Assembly (NCBI GenBank): GCA_963726245.1
Contig: CAVSBT010000017.1
Location: 96,001-160,000 of the forward strand
Length of the DNA: 64,000 nt
Direction of reading: 5' to 3'
Source of the DNA: an uncultured Chloroflexia bacterium
Lineage (GTDB): Bacteria > Chloroflexota > Dehalococcoidia > DSTF01 > JALHUB01
In this document: one piece after another, positions 10,902 through 21,250 of the stretch
Layout: every line of letters starts with the position of its first letter
Position numbering within the stretch: position 1 is the stretch's first letter
Translations under genes and position numbers: made by a program
The notes under the pieces: model-generated
The model's input: the letters and a program-made list of their open reading frames with translations, nothing else
Database searches by the model: none
What the model was told of the DNA's origin: nothing

Positions 10902-11622
10902 ATGAGGATGAATCTGGGGCTGGCCGGCGCGTCGCCTGGGCAGGCGCTTCCCTTGGCTCTGGTCGCCCTCGCTGTCGGCGTCCTGCTGGTCTCGCCCTTC
11001 CTCTCTGATGTGAGCGCGAATCTCCTCTCGAGCCGCCATACTGACGAGAAGATTGCGGATTACTACTCAGCCGACGCCGGCATCGAGTGGGGGCTCTGGC
11101 GGCTCAAGAATGACCCCACTCTTTCGGCGAGCGCCTGCACAGACTGGACGCCGCTTGAGCCGACTCCATCCTCCATCAACGGCGGTAGCTTCCCGACGAC
11201 GGAGATCTGCTCGGTCTCCGACGCCGTCGCCGCAGAGACGGTCACGCCTGACTGGCAGGGTGGAGGCGGCCCCCACTGCTACCCATTCACGTCCACCGCT
11301 GCCGGCTCCATCTTCGTGGTAGTCACGTCCGCTGCTGCTGACGTGTCGGTTGCCCTGCTCTCTGGCACCGACAATTGCGAAAAGCCCGTCGGGTTGGAGC
11401 CCCTCAGCGGCGAATCCCCCTACACGGTGGAGTTCCGGGACCAGCCGGGGGGCGCGCAGCAGGTGCTGGTAGAGACGGCGCTACCGGTTACGGGGACGCT
11501 GATGATCAACTACCCGGTCGCCAGCTATGACCTGCAGTCCAGCCAGGAATGGGCGCACCATCACCGTCAGGGCGACCGCCAGTCCCAACGCCGTGAGGGT
11601 CATCTCGTGGCAGCTCGAGTAA
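10902..11622 (+). CDS. PilX-like minor pilin (apparent frameshift ~11545; start may be 10833)
   Basis: PG|QALPLALVALAVGVLL lacking E5, YYSADAGIEWGLWRL, and the C-terminus VRVISWQLE* in the shifted frame. Confidence 0.7.
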
Positions 11623-11626
11623 GCGT

Positions 11627-12319
11627 ATGAATGCCAACTTGTCGGTCAGCTTGTCGCCCAAGCTGAAGAGGATCGCTGCCCGCGCGAAGCTAACACCGCT
11701 GGCGGTGCTCATCGCCCTCATCGCGCTGGTGGCGGTCGCTTACATCGGCGTGGGCGTCTCCTTCGTCCGGCAGCGGTCGGACAAAGAAGTCCTGTCGTCG
11801 CAGGTCGGCATGGCCGAGGGAGTGCTGGTGGCCGCGGCAAGTTCGCGGCAACAATTGGATGATCTTCAAAGCCGCCTCCAAACCGCCCAGCAGCAGCTGG
11901 CCTTCGCCCAAGGCGCCTTCCCTAGCCAACTCGACAGCAGCGTCATCGTGGAGACGGTCCTGGCTCACGCGACCGCCAGCCAGGCGCGAGTGCTCCGCGC
12001 GACTACGAAGCCGCCCGTCGTTCAGATGCAGGGGGAAGGCACGTACACCGTCCTCAGCGCCACCTTCGACATCGAGGGCGGCTTGGGACAACTGATCGCT
12101 TTTCTTGCGCGCCTCGAGGGCGAGAGCTCGGCCACCTTCGGCATAAAGAGCCTCGCCGTAAAGGAGACGGCCGGAGTGTACACACTGAACATCGAAGTGC
12201 TGGCCTACGCGCGGCAACCAACGGAGCAAGCGCCGGCATCCGGAGGCTCGAAGAACCCCGCCAGCGCAACGCCCTCGACAGCGGGCGGTGCCAAAGCCGC
12301 CCCAGGAAAAGGGGGCTAG
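11627..12319 (+). CDS. PilO-like alignment-complex protein
   Basis: One TM helix, coiled coil, then a ferredoxin-like segment (FDIEGGLGQLIAFLARLE); adjacent to pilM/N. Confidence 0.7.
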   Translation: MNANLSVSLSPKLKRIAARAKLTPLAVLIALIALVAVAYIGVGVSFVRQRSDKEVLSSQVGMAEGVLVAAASSRQQLDDLQSRLQTAQQQLAFAQGAFPSQLDSSVIVETVLAHATASQARVLRATTKPPVVQMQGEGTYTVLSATFDIEGGLGQLIAFLARLEGESSATFGIKSLAVKETAGVYTLNIEVLAYARQPTEQAPASGGSKNPASATPSTAGGAKAAPGKGG

Positions 12320-12321
12320 CG

Positions 12322-13233
12322 ATGAAGGCGCTCAGACTTGGCTTCGCCCCGATGCCGCTTTTCTCCCGGCCTGTTGCCACGCTGGCCATCGAGGGCGGCA
12401 GCGTGCGGCTTCTCGTAACCAAGGGAGGGCGCGTCACGGACTGGGGCATCGAGTCACTTGAGCCCGACCTAGTGGCCGATGGCGTGGTCGCCGACCCGCA
12501 GGCGGTTGCGGCGCACGTCAGGTCTCTGCTGGAGTCACTGCATGTCGGCAACGGCAAGCTCATCGCCGGCCTGACGGGTCAGCGGTCCTTGTACCGCATC
12601 CTCAAGTTCCCGCAGATGAGCCAGCAGCTCTTGCGGGAGGCGATCCCGCGGGAGATGAAGCGCGAGATGCCGGTGTCGCTCGACGAGATGCACGTCTCGT
12701 GGCAGGTCATCGGTCCTGAGAACGGCCATCTTCGCGTCTTCGCGCTTGGCGTCTTGCGAGACATCCTCGCTTCGCAACTGGAAACGATCAAGCTCGCGGG
12801 CAGGAAGCCGCACTCCATGGACATCAAGCCGCTCGCTCTGGTGAGAGCGGTAGGCAGGCCCAATGCCCTGATCGCAGACCTCGAACCGGAGAGCATCGAC
12901 GTCATCGTGGTCCGCGACGCCATCCCGGACACCATTCGCACGGTGAGCCTGAGATACGAGTTCAGTGAAGTCGAATACAAGGTCCGCCGCCTGGGAGAAG
13001 AGCTGACGCGCACTGTGAAGTTCTACAGCGACACCCATCGGGAGGACCCGCTTCCGCCGGCAACGCCCGTCTGCCTGACGGGCTCGCTGGCGCGGGAGGT
13101 GGCTTCGTCGGGCGTCGTTCAGGCATCAGTTGATTACCCCGTCGAGCCGTTGTCGCCGCCGCTGGAGTGCCCCCCCGACCTGCCCATGGCGACGTTCATG
13201 GTGAACATTGGACTGGCGTTGAAGGAGGCCTGA
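12322..13233 (+). CDS. pilM: PilM-like actin-fold pilus assembly protein
   Basis: LAIEGGSVRLL, EMPVSLDEMHVSWQ, MDIKPLALVRA, LIADL, VCLTG and NIGLALK. Confidence 0.8.
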   Translation: MKALRLGFAPMPLFSRPVATLAIEGGSVRLLVTKGGRVTDWGIESLEPDLVADGVVADPQAVAAHVRSLLESLHVGNGKLIAGLTGQRSLYRILKFPQMSQQLLREAIPREMKREMPVSLDEMHVSWQVIGPENGHLRVFALGVLRDILASQLETIKLAGRKPHSMDIKPLALVRAVGRPNALIADLEPESIDVIVVRDAIPDTIRTVSLRYEFSEVEYKVRRLGEELTRTVKFYSDTHREDPLPPATPVCLTGSLAREVASSGVVQASVDYPVEPLSPPLECPPDLPMATFMVNIGLALKEA

Positions 13234-13823
13234 TGGCTATGCAGCAGAGTGCAACGCTACGGCCGCCCGCATTCATCGATCTGAATGTCCTGCCGGAGGA
13301 GCTGCGTCCGCCGCGGTATCCGGCCTGGTACGTCCCGGGCCTCGTCGCCGTCGCGCTCCTGGGCCTGCTCCTGGTCCCGTTGAGCGGAGTCGAACGGGCC
13401 AACAGCGCGGAGCCGACACGGCTGACCGCGGAGCTGGAGCTCATCAGCAAAGAACTGACGCAGATTGAGATGGATTACGGCAAGGGAAGGGACATACGGA
13501 ATCAACTTGGAGTTGCCGAGGAAGCCATTGCCCGCCTGGCTGAAGAGCGGCAGGCGATACTCGGCGGCAGTCAGCAGCTCTCAACAGACCTCTACTCCGC
13601 CCTGCAGGTCTTGCCTCCGGGCACCCATCTCGTGTCAATGACCGCTGCCGAGGGCAAGATCACGCTCAGCGGGCAGGCCGCCGGACAGGCGGACGTGCTT
13701 GCCTACTATCGAGCTCTCGCCGACAGCGGGAAGTTCTCCCAATCTCGCATCACCTCCATGGACGTCGCGGTCGGTCCGCCTGGAGCCGGCGCGGTGGCCT
13801 TCGCCATCGAGGTGACGCAGTAG
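13233..13823 (+). CDS. pilN: PilN-like protein
   Basis: N-terminal IDLNVLP (PilM-binding INLLP-type motif), TM helix, coiled coil, ITLSGQA...LADSGKF. Confidence 0.8.
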   Translation: MAMQQSATLRPPAFIDLNVLPEELRPPRYPAWYVPGLVAVALLGLLLVPLSGVERANSAEPTRLTAELELISKELTQIEMDYGKGRDIRNQLGVAEEAIARLAEERQAILGGSQQLSTDLYSALQVLPPGTHLVSMTAAEGKITLSGQAAGQADVLAYYRALADSGKFSQSRITSMDVAVGPPGAGAVAFAIEVTQ

Positions 13824-13834
13824 GGATCGACTCC

Positions 13835-14581
13835 ATGGCTGTGTTTGCGGTTCTCTTGGGCCTGGCCATCGGGAGCTTCCTCAACGTCTGCATTGACCGG
13901 CTCCCCGAGGGCCGCTCGCTCATCCGGCCTCGCTCGCACTGCCCCGCCTGCCGGACGCGGCTCGCCGAGCACGACCTCGTGCCGGTGGTGAGCTACCTGT
14001 TCCTGCGGGGAAGGTGCCGCTACTGCTCTGCGCTCATCCCGCTGCGTGTCCCGCTGGTCGAGGCTGGGTCCGGGCTGCTGTTCTTGCTGCTGTGGGCTCG
14101 CTTCGGCGTGTCGCCCCACTTCGTCTTCGTCGCCGCCGTGGCGTGCGTCTTCATCGTCGCCCTGGTCATCGATCTTGAGCGCCGTCTGATCCCCAACCGG
14201 CTGGTCTACCCCGCCATCGCCGCCGCGCTCCTGGCGATTCCCTTCGCGGCGGGGCCCGGCCCACCTCAGGCCCTCTGGGGCGGAGCCGTAGGCCTCGCGC
14301 TGCTGTTGCTGATCGTCCTCGTCTATCCGGGAGGGATGGGGCTGGGAGACGTCAAGCTGGCCGCCCTCATCGGCCTGGTGGTCGGCTTCCCTTTGGTCCT
14401 GCTGGCCCTCTTTCTCTCATTTGTTCTCGGCGGGGCCGTCGGCGCGGCCGCTCTGCTGGCGAGACGGGCAGGAATGAAAGATGCACTCCCGTTTGCGCCG
14501 TTTCTGGCCGCGGGCGCTATGGTAGCTCTGCTCTATGGAGAGGAGATCCTGCGATGGTATCCAGGGATAGCAGTGCACTGA
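13835..14581 (+). CDS. pilD: Prepilin peptidase (A24)
   Basis: GSFLNVCIDRLP, CPAC...CRYC, IDLERRLIPN, GMGLGDVKL and LPFAPFL. Confidence 0.95.
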   Translation: MAVFAVLLGLAIGSFLNVCIDRLPEGRSLIRPRSHCPACRTRLAEHDLVPVVSYLFLRGRCRYCSALIPLRVPLVEAGSGLLFLLLWARFGVSPHFVFVAAVACVFIVALVIDLERRLIPNRLVYPAIAAALLAIPFAAGPGPPQALWGGAVGLALLLLIVLVYPGGMGLGDVKLAALIGLVVGFPLVLLALFLSFVLGGAVGAAALLARRAGMKDALPFAPFLAAGAMVALLYGEEILRWYPGIAVH

Positions 14582-15690
14582 ACGTGGACGGCCTGCTGCG
14601 CCGTATGGTGGAGGCGCGCGCCTCGGACCTGCACATGAAGGCGGGCTTTCCGCCCGTCCTGCGCATCCACGGTGAGCTCAAGCCCCAGGACCTGCCGGTG
14701 CTGACGGCGGAAGACATGAGGGAAGCCTTGAGCCAGATAACGACGGCGGAGCAGCAGGCGGCCTTCGACCAGGCGAAGGAGCTCGACTTCTCCCACAGCG
14801 CCGAGGGGATGGGCCGCTTTCGGGCGAACGCTGCGCTGCAGCGCGGCACGATCACACTCGCCCTTCGACTGATCTCCTCCGTCGTGCCGACGCTCGAGGA
14901 GCTTGGCATGCCCGAGATCTGCCGGTCGCTGGTGCTGAAGCCGAGAGGTCTAACGCTGGTGACGGGACCCACCGGCAGCGGCAAGTCGACGACGCTGGCC
15001 GCCATGATCGGCTACCTCAACGAGCGTGAGCAGCGTCACGTCGTGACCATCGAAGACCCAATCGAGTTCGTCCATGAGGACAAGCAATGCCTGATTTCGC
15101 AGCGGGAGCTGGGGGCGGACACCATGTCCTTCGCCGCTGCCCTGAAGCACGTGCTGCGCCAGGACCCCGACGTCATCCTCGTGGGCGAGATGAGGGACCT
15201 GGAGACGATAGCCCTGGCCCTGACCGCCGCCGAGACGGGCCACCTGGTGCTGGCCACACTGCATACCCCCAGCGCGGCCCAGACCATCGACCGCATCATC
15301 GACTCCTTCCCGCCGCACCAGCAGCAGCAGGTGAAGGTTCAGCTTTCGCTGGTCCTGGAGGCGGTGCTCTGCCAGACCTTGGTGCCACGGGCCGACAGAT
15401 CGGGCCGGGTCGCGGCTGTCGAGGTGATGGTGGCGACGGCGGCTGTCAGGAACCTCATTCGAGAGGGCAAGACCTTCCAGCTTCCGAACGTCATCCAGAC
15501 CGGCTCTCAGTACGATATGCAGAGCCTGGACCAGGCCCTGGCAAGCCTCTGCCAGAGAGGCGTCATCACCCGGGACGACGCCATAGCCCGATGCGCCAAC
15601 GCCGATGAGCTGCGAGAGGCTGCTGACCGGGCCGACGTCGCAGCTTCGCGCGGTCTCGTGAGGGCCGAGGCGTGGCTCCGTCCCGCCTAA
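14554..15690 (+). CDS. pilT: Type IV pilus retraction ATPase
   Basis: ASDLH, GPTGSGKSTTLA, TIEDPIEF, LRQDPDVILVGEMRDLET and AVRNLIRE (AIRNLIRE motif). Confidence 0.95.
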   Translation: MVSRDSSALNVDGLLRRMVEARASDLHMKAGFPPVLRIHGELKPQDLPVLTAEDMREALSQITTAEQQAAFDQAKELDFSHSAEGMGRFRANAALQRGTITLALRLISSVVPTLEELGMPEICRSLVLKPRGLTLVTGPTGSGKSTTLAAMIGYLNEREQRHVVTIEDPIEFVHEDKQCLISQRELGADTMSFAAALKHVLRQDPDVILVGEMRDLETIALALTAAETGHLVLATLHTPSAAQTIDRIIDSFPPHQQQQVKVQLSLVLEAVLCQTLVPRADRSGRVAAVEVMVATAAVRNLIREGKTFQLPNVIQTGSQYDMQSLDQALASLCQRGVITRDDAIARCANADELREAADRADVAASRGLVRAEAWLRPA

Positions 15691-15813
15691 TCGATGTGGT
15701 GCTGCTCGTAGAGTAGCCTGCGTTCCCCTCAATCCGTCCCTGGTGCGTGCCGCGCATCCTTAGGTCGCGGCCATAGTGTACTATCAGGATAGCCTGGCCT
15801 CCGTGGAGTTCCC

Positions 15814-16596
15814 ATGCCGCATTGGGCAGAGGTAGCCGCCCTTGGTCTCACCATAGGCGTCTTTTCGGGCCTGTTTGGGGTGGGCGGCAGCAGCATTAGC
15901 ACGCCTCTCCTGCGCATCGTCTTCGGCACGCCCAGCCTCATCGCGCTGGCGTCACCCTTGCCCGTAACTCTTCCCACGGCTCTGGCCGGGAGCGCCGTCT
16001 ACCAGAGCCAAAGGCTGATCAATGTCCGGGTCGTGGCCTGGACTGCGGCGGGCGGTGTCCCTTCGATAGTGGCCGGCGCGCTGCTAACGCGGTGGGTCCC
16101 GGCCCGGGGCCTCATGGTCATGGTTGGGGCGGCGATGCTGGCGATCGGGTTGGAGATGTTGCGCTCTTCCGTCTCTCCGAGCAGGCCGGGCCCTCCAGGG
16201 ACCGGCGATCGTCTCTGGCGAGACCCACCTTGGACCATGCTGCTCGCTATCGCGGTTCCCATCGGCTTCCTGTCGGGGCTGCTCGCTAACGGAGGCGGCT
16301 TTCTCTTTGTACCGGCCTTCGTTCTGCTGTTCGGCGCCGACGTGCGGGAGGCCGCGGCGACCTCGTTGCCGTGCGTCGCGCTTCTGGCCCTGCCCGGCAC
16401 GGTGACGCATGCCCTGCTCGGGCACGTTGATGGGTGGCTTGCCTTCCAGTTGAGCTTGGGCGTCATACCGGGAACCTATCTGGGAGCGCGTCTTTCCCTC
16501 TCGCTGCGGCAGGTGCCCCTGCGACGGCCGTTTGGCGTCTTCATGGTGGCGTTCGGCGTCTACTACTCCCTGCGCGAACTCCTCAAGATGTTCTGA
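15814..16596 (+). CDS. TauE/SafE (TSUP) family membrane transporter
   Basis: Duplicated GxxSGLFGVGG / GFLSGLLANGGG motifs; multi-TM. Confidence 0.85.
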   Translation: MPHWAEVAALGLTIGVFSGLFGVGGSSISTPLLRIVFGTPSLIALASPLPVTLPTALAGSAVYQSQRLINVRVVAWTAAGGVPSIVAGALLTRWVPARGLMVMVGAAMLAIGLEMLRSSVSPSRPGPPGTGDRLWRDPPWTMLLAIAVPIGFLSGLLANGGGFLFVPAFVLLFGADVREAAATSLPCVALLALPGTVTHALLGHVDGWLAFQLSLGVIPGTYLGARLSLSLRQVPLRRPFGVFMVAFGVYYSLRELLKMF

Positions 16597-16672
16597 CAAG
16601 ACTCCGAAAGCAGCCTCACATCCATCCTCAAGGGCCCCGCCGCCTGGTACCATGGAAGAGGAGGGATGTTTC

Positions 16673-17782
16673 GTGCAAGCTATTGCGCTGGTCCCAGGCA
16701 CGACTACCTTGCGCCTCGTTGATCGACCGGAGCCCCGCATCACCGGAGCGGACGAAGTCAAGGTTCAGACCGTTCAAGTCGGGATCTGCGGCACCGATCG
16801 TGAGGAGGCCTCTGGGGGGCGCGCGGAGGCGCCACCCGGCCGGAGCGAGCTGATCATCGGTCATGAGATGATTGGAAGGGTGGTCGAAGCCGGCTCAGCG
16901 GTCAGCTCGCCGCGCGCGGGAGACTACGTGGTGTTCACCGTGCGCCGCGGCTGCGGGCGCTGCCCGGCCTGCGCCATGGACCGGAGCGACATGTGTTACA
17001 GCGGCGGCTACACCGAACGAGGGATAAAAGGACACGATGGCTATCAGGCCGAGTACGTGGTGGACAGTGAGGGCTACGCGGTGAAGGTGCCCGCCGGCCT
17101 GGCATCGATCGGTGTGCTCACCGAGCCGATGTCGGTGGCGGAGAAGGCCGTGGACGAGGCGTTGCGCATCCAGGCCGCGCGACTGCCTGACGCCACTGAC
17201 CGAGCCGCCTGGCTGCAGGGCAAGCAGGTGCTGGTGGCCGGATTGGGGCCTATCGGGCTGCTGGCGGCGATCGCTTTGAGGCTGCGGGGCGCGAATGTGC
17301 TCGGGCTCGATGTGGTAGACGCCGGCACTACACGCCCCGCTCTGCTGGCGCGCATCGGCGGCGAGTACGTGGACGGACGCGAGACGAAGCCGGCCGCCTT
17401 GGGCGAGCATTTCGGCCAGATCGACGTGATCGTCGAGGCGACCGGCGTCGCACACGTCGAGTTCGACCTGCTTTCCGCGTTGGGCACAAACGGGGTCTAC
17501 GTGCTCACGGGCGTGCCCGGTGGCCAGCGGCCGATTGACATCGATGGCGCGGCCTTGATGGCCAGGCTGGTACTGCGTAACCAGGTCATGGTGGGCAGCG
17601 TCAATGCCAGCCACGAGCACTTCGAGACGGCCGTCAGTGATCTGGGGAGGGCCCGCGAGGCCTGGGGGGACGCCATCGACCAGTTGATCACCCACCGCGT
17701 GCCCTACGCGCAGTTCGCCGACGTCCTCTTGCAGCATCCGGAAGATGAGATCAAGGCCGTTGTCGAGTGGGCAAGCCTCTAG
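16673..17782 (+). CDS. Zn-dependent MDR glucose 1-dehydrogenase (archaeal-like type)
   Basis: VGICGTDRE, GHE, TVRRGCGRCPAC...C, ERGIKGHDGY, LTEPMSVAEKA, GLGPIG and GSVNA. Confidence 0.88.
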   Translation: MQAIALVPGTTTLRLVDRPEPRITGADEVKVQTVQVGICGTDREEASGGRAEAPPGRSELIIGHEMIGRVVEAGSAVSSPRAGDYVVFTVRRGCGRCPACAMDRSDMCYSGGYTERGIKGHDGYQAEYVVDSEGYAVKVPAGLASIGVLTEPMSVAEKAVDEALRIQAARLPDATDRAAWLQGKQVLVAGLGPIGLLAAIALRLRGANVLGLDVVDAGTTRPALLARIGGEYVDGRETKPAALGEHFGQIDVIVEATGVAHVEFDLLSALGTNGVYVLTGVPGGQRPIDIDGAALMARLVLRNQVMVGSVNASHEHFETAVSDLGRAREAWGDAIDQLITHRVPYAQFADVLLQHPEDEIKAVVEWASL

Positions 17783-17808
17783 TAGCAGATGCGAAGGGAG
17801 GTCCGGAC

Positions 17809-18726
17809 ATGAAGTTCGGAGTAATCGGCCTCGGGCGGATGGGCGCCAATCTGGCGCGTCACGCTGTTGAGAAGGGACACGAGGTCGTCGGATACGACCC
17901 CAACCAGGAGACTACCAAGAAGCTCGCGGGCGAAGGCATCCAGCCGGCGGCGTCGATAGCGGAGCTGGCGTCAAAGCTAGGCAAGCCCCGCATCGTCTTC
18001 CTCTACGTGCCGCACGGCGAAGCCACGGAGAGCGTTTGCCGGGCCCTGCGACCGGCGCTGTCCGCCGGTGACATCGTCGCCGATGGCGGCAACTCGCACT
18101 GGGCCGATTCCAAGAGGCGGCACGCGTTTTTCGCCGAAGCCGGTATCCGCTTTCTCGATGTCGGCACCAGCGGCGGCGTCAGCGGGGCCCGCCACGGAGC
18201 GTGCTTCATGGTTGGCGGAGATCGCGAGGCCTATCAGGCCGTCGAGCCTATCCTGAAGGACCTGGCTGTGGATGAGGAGGGCGCCTTCTTCGTCGGTCCG
18301 CCTGGGTCGGGGCATTTCGTCAAGTTGGTGCACAACGCCATCGAATTTGGGATGGTCCAGGCCATCGCCGAGGGCGTGGAGCTGCTCAAGCGCTCAGGAT
18401 ATGAGCTCGACCTCGTAGGCCTCTTCAACAACTGGATGCACGGCTCCGTGATCCGGAGCTGGCTGGTGGAGCTGATGGGCAAGGCGCTCGCCGAAAACCC
18501 GGACTTCGCGGGGCTTTCGACCTACGTGGAGGACACGGGAGAGGTGAAGTGGGTTCTGGATTGGGCGCTCGAGCAGGACGTCCCCATCCCGGTCGTTAGC
18601 GCCTCGCAGACGGCCCTCATGCAGTACCGCGACTTGGACTGGCCCAGCGCCAAGGCGGTTGCCCTCCTCCGCAACCAGTACGGAGGCCACCCGGTACGCC
18701 GTGCTTCTGCCGGCGATCGCCGGTGA
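17809..18726 (+). CDS. gnd: Short (YqeC-like) decarboxylating 6-phosphogluconate dehydrogenase family protein
   Basis: GLGRMG, DGGNS, DVGTSGGVSGA, GHFVKLVHNAIEFG and LRNQYGGH. Confidence 0.85.
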   Translation: MKFGVIGLGRMGANLARHAVEKGHEVVGYDPNQETTKKLAGEGIQPAASIAELASKLGKPRIVFLYVPHGEATESVCRALRPALSAGDIVADGGNSHWADSKRRHAFFAEAGIRFLDVGTSGGVSGARHGACFMVGGDREAYQAVEPILKDLAVDEEGAFFVGPPGSGHFVKLVHNAIEFGMVQAIAEGVELLKRSGYELDLVGLFNNWMHGSVIRSWLVELMGKALAENPDFAGLSTYVEDTGEVKWVLDWALEQDVPIPVVSASQTALMQYRDLDWPSAKAVALLRNQYGGHPVRRASAGDRR

Positions 18727-18753
18727 GCCCGCCGATCACAGGAGTGGACACCC

Positions 18754-21175
18754 ATGAGCACGCCTGAGCCGCCCGGTGCACCGGGCATCCCAGCTCGCTG
18801 GACGTCGAGCGCCAAGAGCGGCGTCGGCACGGCCGCCAGCGATCACAGTCGCATCTGGTTCACCCTTTCCCACGGCATCGTCAACGAGGTGTACTACCCG
18901 ACGATAGACCAAGCCAACACCCGGGACCTGGGCTTCCTGGTGACCGACGAGTCCGGCTTCTTCTCAGAGGAGAAACGCCACGCGGAAGCGAGATCTCGCC
19001 CCTGGCGCAGGGGGTACCCGCTTACCAGTTGACGAACACCTGCAACCAGGGGCGGTATCGCATCGTCAAGACCGTCGTGACCGATCCCCGGAGGGAGGTG
19101 CTAGTCCAGCAGGTGCGCTTTGAGCCTCTTCAAGGACGCCTGGCAGACTACAGCCTGTACGCGCTCCTGGCGCCCCACATCGGCAACCACGGCCGCGGCA
19201 ACGACGGCTGGGCCGGCGACTACAAGGGCATCCCCATGCTGTTCGCCAGGCGAAAGGGGACCTCCCTGGCCCTCGCCTGTTCCACCCCGTTTCGAGCCAT
19301 GAGTTGCGGCTACGTTGGCTTCAGCGACGGCTGGCAGGACATCAGCGCCCACAAACGCATGACCTGGTTCTACCCGGAGGCGCGGGACGGGAACATCGCC
19401 CTGACCGGCGAGATCGATCTCGGGGCCTGCAACGGGAGCTTCGTCCTGGTCCTCGCCTTCGGAAGCAACCCGGCGGAAGCAGGCCAGCGGGCTCGGGCCT
19501 CGCTATTGCAGGATTTCGATCGAGTGGCGGACGAGTACGTGAGCCAGTGGACCACGTGCCAGTCGCAGTGCCTCGATCTGGGCGCCGTTGATGAATCCGG
19601 CTTTGACGTTTACCGGGTAAGCACCGCTGTGCTGAAGACGCACCAGGCGAAGCTCATGCCGGGGGGAATGATCGCCAGTCTGTCCATCCCCTGGGGCTTC
19701 TCGAAGGGCGACGACGACCTCGGCGGCTACCACCTGGTCTGGCCTCGCGACCTGGTCGAGGCTGCCGGGGGCCTGCTGGCGGCCGGCGATGTCGCGAGCG
19801 TCCGTCAGGCCCTCTTCTACCTGATGTGCACCCAAGAAGCCGATGGTCACTGGCCGCAGAACATGTGGCTTGACGGCGCTCCCTACTGGAGCGGCGTGCA
19901 GATGGACGAGACCGCCTTCCCCATTCTCCTCGCCGATGCCTTGCGACGGATGAACGAGTTGCACCATCTCGACCCCTGGCCAATGGTCTGCCGAGCGGCC
20001 GGCTTTCCTGGCATGCAACGGCCCTGTCACCGCGCAGGACCGCTGGGAAGAGGACGGCGGCTACTCACCCTTTACCCTGGCCGTCGAGGTCGCTGCCCTG
20101 CTTGCCGCCGCGGATTTCGCCGACGAAGCAGGCGAGACGCAGGCGGCCGGCTACCTGCGGGAGACGGCCGACACGTGGAACACGAGCATAGAGCGCTGGA
20201 TCTACGTGACCGGCGGCGACTTGGCGCGGCAAGTCGGGGTGGAGGGCTACTACGTGCGTATCGCTCCACCCGAGGAGGCGGACGCTGCCTCACCCGCCGC
20301 CGGCTTCGTTCCCATCAAGAACCGCCCAGTCGGAGAGAGCACCGCTCCCTGCGACCAAATCGTCAGTCCGGATGCCCTGTCGCTTGTCAGGTTTGGGCTG
20401 CGGGCCCCCGATGATCCCGCGAATCGTGAACACCGTCAAGGTGATCGACGCTATCCTCAAGTCGGAAACTGCGAGGGGCCCGGTCTGGCACCGTTACAAC
20501 GGGGACGGCTACGGGGAGCATGAGGATGGGAGTCCCTTCGACGGCACAGGGACCGGCCGTGGCTGGCCCCTGCTGGCGGGCGAACGGGCTCACTACGAGC
20601 TGGCCGCGGGCAACCGGGCCGAAGCAGAGCGGCTGCTTCGGGTGATGGAGGCCCAGGCCGGCGTCGGCGGGCTCATCTCCGAGCAAGTATGGGACGCCGC
20701 CGACATCCCGGACCGGGAGCTCTTCAATGGGCGGCCCTCCGGCTCAGCGATGCCTCTGGTGTGGGCGCACGCCGAGTATGTCAAACTGCGGCGGTCTCTC
20801 CGCGACGGTCAGGTGTTTGACACGCCGCCTCAGCCGGTGAAACGCTATCAGGTCGACAAGATCGACTGCAGCCTCGCCACGTGGCGCTTCAACCAAAAGT
20901 GTCGAGACATTCCGGCCTGCAAGGTCCTCCGTATAGAGGTGCTGGCTCCCGCCCTGGTGCACTGGAGCGTTGATGATTGGCGCACGACGCAGGACAGCAA
21001 GACCACAGATACGGGGCTGGGCGTCCATTTCGCCGATCTGCCTACTGACAAGCTGCCCGTCGGGTCGAGGGTGCTCTTCACGCTGTTCTGGGTCGAAGCC
21101 GAGCGGTGGCAAGACGAGGACTTCGAGGTGACGGTGGGAGAGGCGTCTGCTCAGGGGAGCCCGCTGGCTAGCTAG
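18754..21175 (+). CDS. GH15 glucoamylase / glucan 1,4-alpha-glucosidase (apparent frameshifts ~18990, ~20010, ~20420)
   Basis: WTSSAKSGVG, GGYHLVWPRDL, GVQMDETAFP, QDRWEE, RYNGDGYGE and SAMPLVWAHAEY spread over consecutive frames. Confidence 0.9.
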
Positions 21176-21250
21176 CCCGGTCTCCTCTTGCGATGTCCTG
21201 ATGGCCGCTTGGAGGACCCCACGAAGGCGGGCGCGTGTGCGCCCGCGCCG

